From: an uncultured Collinsella sp.
GTDB taxonomy: Bacteria; Actinomycetota; Coriobacteriia; Coriobacteriales; Coriobacteriaceae
Assembly: GCA_900541205.1 (NCBI GenBank)
Contig: UQIV01000001.1
Coordinates: 97,593-161,592 of the forward strand
Direction: 5' to 3'
Length of the DNA: 64,000 nucleotides
Shown here: positions 60,713-64,000 of the stretch, in pieces
Position numbering within the stretch: the first letter of the stretch is position 1
Layout: every line of letters starts with the position of its first letter
Notes under the pieces: model-generated
Told to the model about the DNA's origin: nothing
What the model saw: the letters and a program-made list of their open reading frames with translations, nothing else
The model's database searches: none
Translations under genes and position numbers: made by a program

Positions 60713-60984
60713 GGATGGTTCCTCTCTGGTCTGTGCGGCGCAAATGCTAAAGGTGTTTACCGCGTTCGACTGCATGATAGCGCGACTTTTGCGTAAACGC
60801 TCGAGCGTTTTTTGGTCAAACGCTTTAGCAGGCAACAAGACTGGCTTCTCGTGAATGAATGTCGTCAGTTTGCGCTTGAGCGCCGTCCGCCGGAACCATG
60901 GTTGCGGTTTTTGATGCATTGTTATCAAATAAAGGAGCTAACATTTTTTGAGAGCCTAGCCCGTTATGCAAGCAGGAGATACCT

Positions 60985-62304
60985 ATGCCTACCGATTCCA
61001 TCCGTGATGCCGCGTTTTGCGATGTTTTGAACCGCGAACTTGTCTGTGCACTCGGCTGCACCGAGCCCATTGCCGTTGCCTATGCAGCGGCGCTGGCGAG
61101 TCAGACGCTCGGTTGCGAACCCGATCATATGGATGTTGCATGCTCGGGCAACATCATCAAGAACGTTAAGAGCGTGACCGTGCCCAACTCGGGCGGTATG
61201 CACGGTATTGAAGCCGCGGCCGTGCTGGGTGCCGTGGGCGGCGACGCTAAGAGCGCTCTCGAGGTGCTCGAGAGCGTTGACGACGAAGATCGTGCTCGCG
61301 TGACCGAGCTCCTCACCGACGCCGGCTACTGCGATGTGTCGCTTGTCGAGGGTGTGTCCAACCTCTACATCAAGGTGACTGCGACGGCCGGGGGCCATAC
61401 CGCGGTCGTCGAGATTACCGACCACCACACCAATGTCACGTGCCATACCCTCGACGGTATTCCGGTGTGCGGCAAGTCGGCGGGGGAGTGTGCCGCCTGC
61501 GCCGAGCGCGTCGTGGCCGAGCGGGCGGCGGATAAGGCCGATGCCCCTATGAGCATTGAGTCCATCATCGACTTTATCGAGGACGGTGACATTGAGGACG
61601 CCCGCGCTGCCGTTGAGCGTCAGATTGAGCTGAATGGCGCAATCAGTGCCGAGGGCCTTGCGCACGCTTGGGGCGCCGAGGTGGGTCGTACGCTGCTGGG
61701 TGCTCGTGCCGATGACGTCGCCTGCCGTGCCCGTGCCCGTGCGGCCGCCGGGTCCGACGCCCGCATGAACGGCTGCGCGCTGCCGGTCGCCATTGTGTGC
61801 GGCTCGGGCAATCAGGGCATTACCTGCGCATTGCCCGTCATGGAGTATGCCGAGTACCTGCGTTGCGACCACGAGCGTCTGGTGCGCGCCGTGATGCTGT
61901 CCGATCTTATCGCCGTGCATATCAAGAGCTATATTGGTGCGCTCTCGGCGTTTTGCGGTGCTATTTGCGCCGCGTGCGGCGCCGGCGCCGCGATTACCTG
62001 GCTGTGCGGTGGCACGCGCGAGCAGATTGGCGCGACGGTCTCGAATACGCTCGGTAACGTGGGCGGCATCGTGTGCGATGGCGCCAAGGCGAGTTGCGCG
62101 GCTAAGATTTCCGCTGCCGTTGATGCTGCGATTCTGGGCCACGATATGGCCATGCAGGGCCGCGGCTTCCGCGCCGGCGAGGGTCTCATTCAGGATACCG
62201 TCGAGCAGACGATTGCCAGCATGGGCTACGTGGGCCGCGTGGGCATGAAGGACACCGACATCGAGATCCTCAACATCATGATCGGTAAAACCCAGGTCTG
62301 CTAG
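60985..62304 (+). CDS. UPF0597/L-cysteine desulfidase-like (serine dehydratase-like) protein
   Basis: 439 aa. ALGCTEPIAVAYAAA and several conserved Cys/Gly-rich blocks (CGAICAACGAGAA, VCDGAKASCAAK) are characteristic of this family. Confidence 0.6.
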   Translation: MPTDSIRDAAFCDVLNRELVCALGCTEPIAVAYAAALASQTLGCEPDHMDVACSGNIIKNVKSVTVPNSGGMHGIEAAAVLGAVGGDAKSALEVLESVDDEDRARVTELLTDAGYCDVSLVEGVSNLYIKVTATAGGHTAVVEITDHHTNVTCHTLDGIPVCGKSAGECAACAERVVAERAADKADAPMSIESIIDFIEDGDIEDARAAVERQIELNGAISAEGLAHAWGAEVGRTLLGARADDVACRARARAAAGSDARMNGCALPVAIVCGSGNQGITCALPVMEYAEYLRCDHERLVRAVMLSDLIAVHIKSYIGALSAFCGAICAACGAGAAITWLCGGTREQIGATVSNTLGNVGGIVCDGAKASCAAKISAAVDAAILGHDMAMQGRGFRAGEGLIQDTVEQTIASMGYVGRVGMKDTDIEILNIMIGKTQVC

Positions 62305-62396
62305 ATATTAAGTTGCGGTGAGATAGTTCCTAAAATTACCCGGGTGAGGGGCAAACAGGAACTATCTCACCGCAACTGCGCTAGATGTTCTGGCGC

Positions 62397-63263
62397 CTAC
62401 GATAGTTCGTTGGCTATTTGGTGTTCGTAGAAGGCTTCGATTACGGCGTTAAAGTCGCGGGCGAAGTCTTCCATGGTTCCGCGCCAGGTGGCTCGGCTGG
62501 GCTTGCCTTGGCCCACAAAGGCGGTTTGGATGCCGCAATCGGGGGACGGGAAGTCGCGTTTGGGATCGTTGCCCACCATAAGGACCTCGTGTGGCTCGAG
62601 TCCCATCACCTGAAGCTGCTCTAGATAGTAGGTGGCATCGGGCTTGCAGCGGGTGGTGTTTCCCATGTGCGTGACGAGCTCAAAGGGGGCGTCGGCCAGG
62701 TCGCCCCAGCCCATGCGGCACTCGATGGCCCCCTGGGGAAAGCTGGGGTTGGTAAAGAGCGCGCAACGCAGCCCTGCGTCCTGTACGGCCTGGAGCGCGG
62801 CGTGTGCGCCCGGCATGGCGTGGGCGTTAATGACATCGTCGTTCTTGTACGGAAGAACTTCGCGGTCATAGTAGGTAAACGCCTCGTAGATGAGGGGATC
62901 GGAGAGGCGGATCCCGCATCGGCGCTCAACCTCTTCTTGGTAAAACTCAAGATTGGTGCGGTTGTCCGTGCCGCTGCGGCGATTGGCGTTGAGGTCGACC
63001 AGGATGGTGCCGAGGCGTGCCATCGTGCCACCGCGGCTGCGGCGCCCGATATCCGCGAGCATCGAAGAGACATCCTTAAAATAGCGAAGGATGAACGCGT
63101 TGAGGTTGATGCTGAGAAGCGTCTCGTCCATATCGAAAACGACTGCTTTGAGCACGCGGGCACCTTTCTCGAAAAATCGATCTAGAATCGTTGGCTCCGG
63201 ATACTTTACCCCAAAGCCGAATGCCTGGCTGGTTATCGTCAAGTTGCGGAGACGTGTGTTCAT
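62397..63263 (-). CDS. HAD-superfamily hydrolase
   Basis: VVFDMDETLL motif I and the GNDPKRD motif IV region. Start chosen at MNTRLR. The ORF track starts at 63326. Confidence 0.6.
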   Translation of the reverse strand: MNTRLRNLTITSQAFGFGVKYPEPTILDRFFEKGARVLKAVVFDMDETLLSINLNAFILRYFKDVSSMLADIGRRSRGGTMARLGTILVDLNANRRSGTDNRTNLEFYQEEVERRCGIRLSDPLIYEAFTYYDREVLPYKNDDVINAHAMPGAHAALQAVQDAGLRCALFTNPSFPQGAIECRMGWGDLADAPFELVTHMGNTTRCKPDATYYLEQLQVMGLEPHEVLMVGNDPKRDFPSPDCGIQTAFVGQGKPSRATWRGTMEDFARDFNAVIEAFYEHQIANELS

Positions 63264-63470
63264 AAGATTACGAAAAAGTCTCCACACGAGTAAAAAATCG
63301 CAGTTCACGCTTGAAATCGAACTCATTTCCCCGTAACCTATACGAACGTGATTGCATAAGCGTCACATTAGTATCTGTCGGCTCCCGAGTGTTCCTAAAC
63401 GTTGTGTGCTTGTCGCACCCTTCTGTAGGTCCTAGCAATCGGGGCCCCGTAGTTCGAAAGGGGTCCACCT

Positions 63471-64000
63471 TTGAGTGAGATTCAGAACTCGTCCATTTTC
63501 TCTCTTGACGATGTCAACGAGGAGGAGATGAACAACCTCATCGACGGTACGATTACCGACTTTGATGAGGGCGATCTCGTTAACGGCACTGTCGTTAAGA
63601 TCGAGCATGACGAGGTGCTCGTTGACATCGGATTCAAGTCCGAGGGCGTTATCCCGGTCCGCGAGCTGTCCATCCGCAAGGACGCTAACCCTGCAGACAT
63701 CGTTGCACTCGGTGATCCCATCGAGGCTCTGGTTCTCCAGAAGGAGGACAAGGACGGTCGTCTGGTCCTGTCCAAGAAGCGTGCCGAGTACGAGCGTGCT
63801 TGGAACCGCATCGAGGAGAAGTTCAACTCCGGCGAGAACGTCGAGGGCGAGGTTATCGAGGTTGTCAAGGGCGGCCTGATCCTCGACATCGGCCTGCGTG
63901 GCTTCCTGCCCGCTTCCCTCGTCGACCTCCGTCGTGTCAAGGACCTCACCTCCTACATGGGCACCCGCATTGAGGCCCGCGTCATCGAGATGGACCGCAA
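63471..64000 (+). CDS. rpsA: 30S ribosomal protein S1 (5' part)
   Basis: TTG start at 63471 with the RBS GAAAGGGG 7 nt upstream. S1 domains follow (GDLVNGTVVKIEHDEVLVDIGFKSEGVIPVRELS). Continues beyond the window end. Confidence 0.85.
   Translation, partial: MSEIQNSSIFSLDDVNEEEMNNLIDGTITDFDEGDLVNGTVVKIEHDEVLVDIGFKSEGVIPVRELSIRKDANPADIVALGDPIEALVLQKEDKDGRLVLSKKRAEYERAWNRIEEKFNSGENVEGEVIEVVKGGLILDIGLRGFLPASLVDLRRVKDLTSYMGTRIEARVIEMDR

Noticed and set aside
60710-60928. 72-aa N-terminal extension on RpiB in the ORF track
   Set aside because: RpiB family proteins start at the MKIGIGxDH motif. The extension has no conserved features, so the call was shortened to 60245-60712.

Overview
High-GC (~62%) bacterial chromosomal segment. 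Gene content points to an actinobacterium, most likely Coriobacteriia-like: SepF and DivIVA are present, FtsA is absent, and the dcw cluster runs straight into yfiH-yggS-sepF-yggT-divIVA. The organism call is inference only. Contents in order: 5' end of an RlmD-like methyltransferase (-), ppk1 (-), an arginine deiminase locus with two nucleotide-identical arcA copies flanking a class-I aminotransferase, then catabolic OTC (arcB) and a YfcC-type antiporter (arcD-like). No carbamate kinase is seen. Then UPF0371/DUF1846, a small wHTH protein, pyrG, xerD, and the dcw cluster mraZ-rsmH-ftsL-ftsI-murF-mraY-murD-ftsW-murG-murC-murB-ftsQ-ftsZ-yfiH (no murE, ddl or ftsA). pstSCAB-phoU is inserted, translationally coupled to yfiH, ahead of yggS-sepF-yggT-divIVA. 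After that come a nitroreductase, DUF47+PiT, a BI-1 family protein, a macro-like DUF2263 protein, an SGNH hydrolase, thiC-thiD behind a TPP riboswitch, yaaA, an M18 aminopeptidase, polA, a Cof hydrolase, argG, argH, ndk, rpiB, a cysteine-desulfidase-like protein, a HAD hydrolase and the start of rpsA. I saw no tRNA, rRNA, CRISPR array, transposase or integrase other than xerD. Most long ORFs lying antisense to these genes are high-GC artefacts. The points most worth a second look are the perfectly identical arcA pair with diverged but collinear leaders, the pst operon inside the division cluster, a compound perfect inverted repeat downstream of polA, and the MraZ-box-like and palindromic motifs upstream of mraZ.
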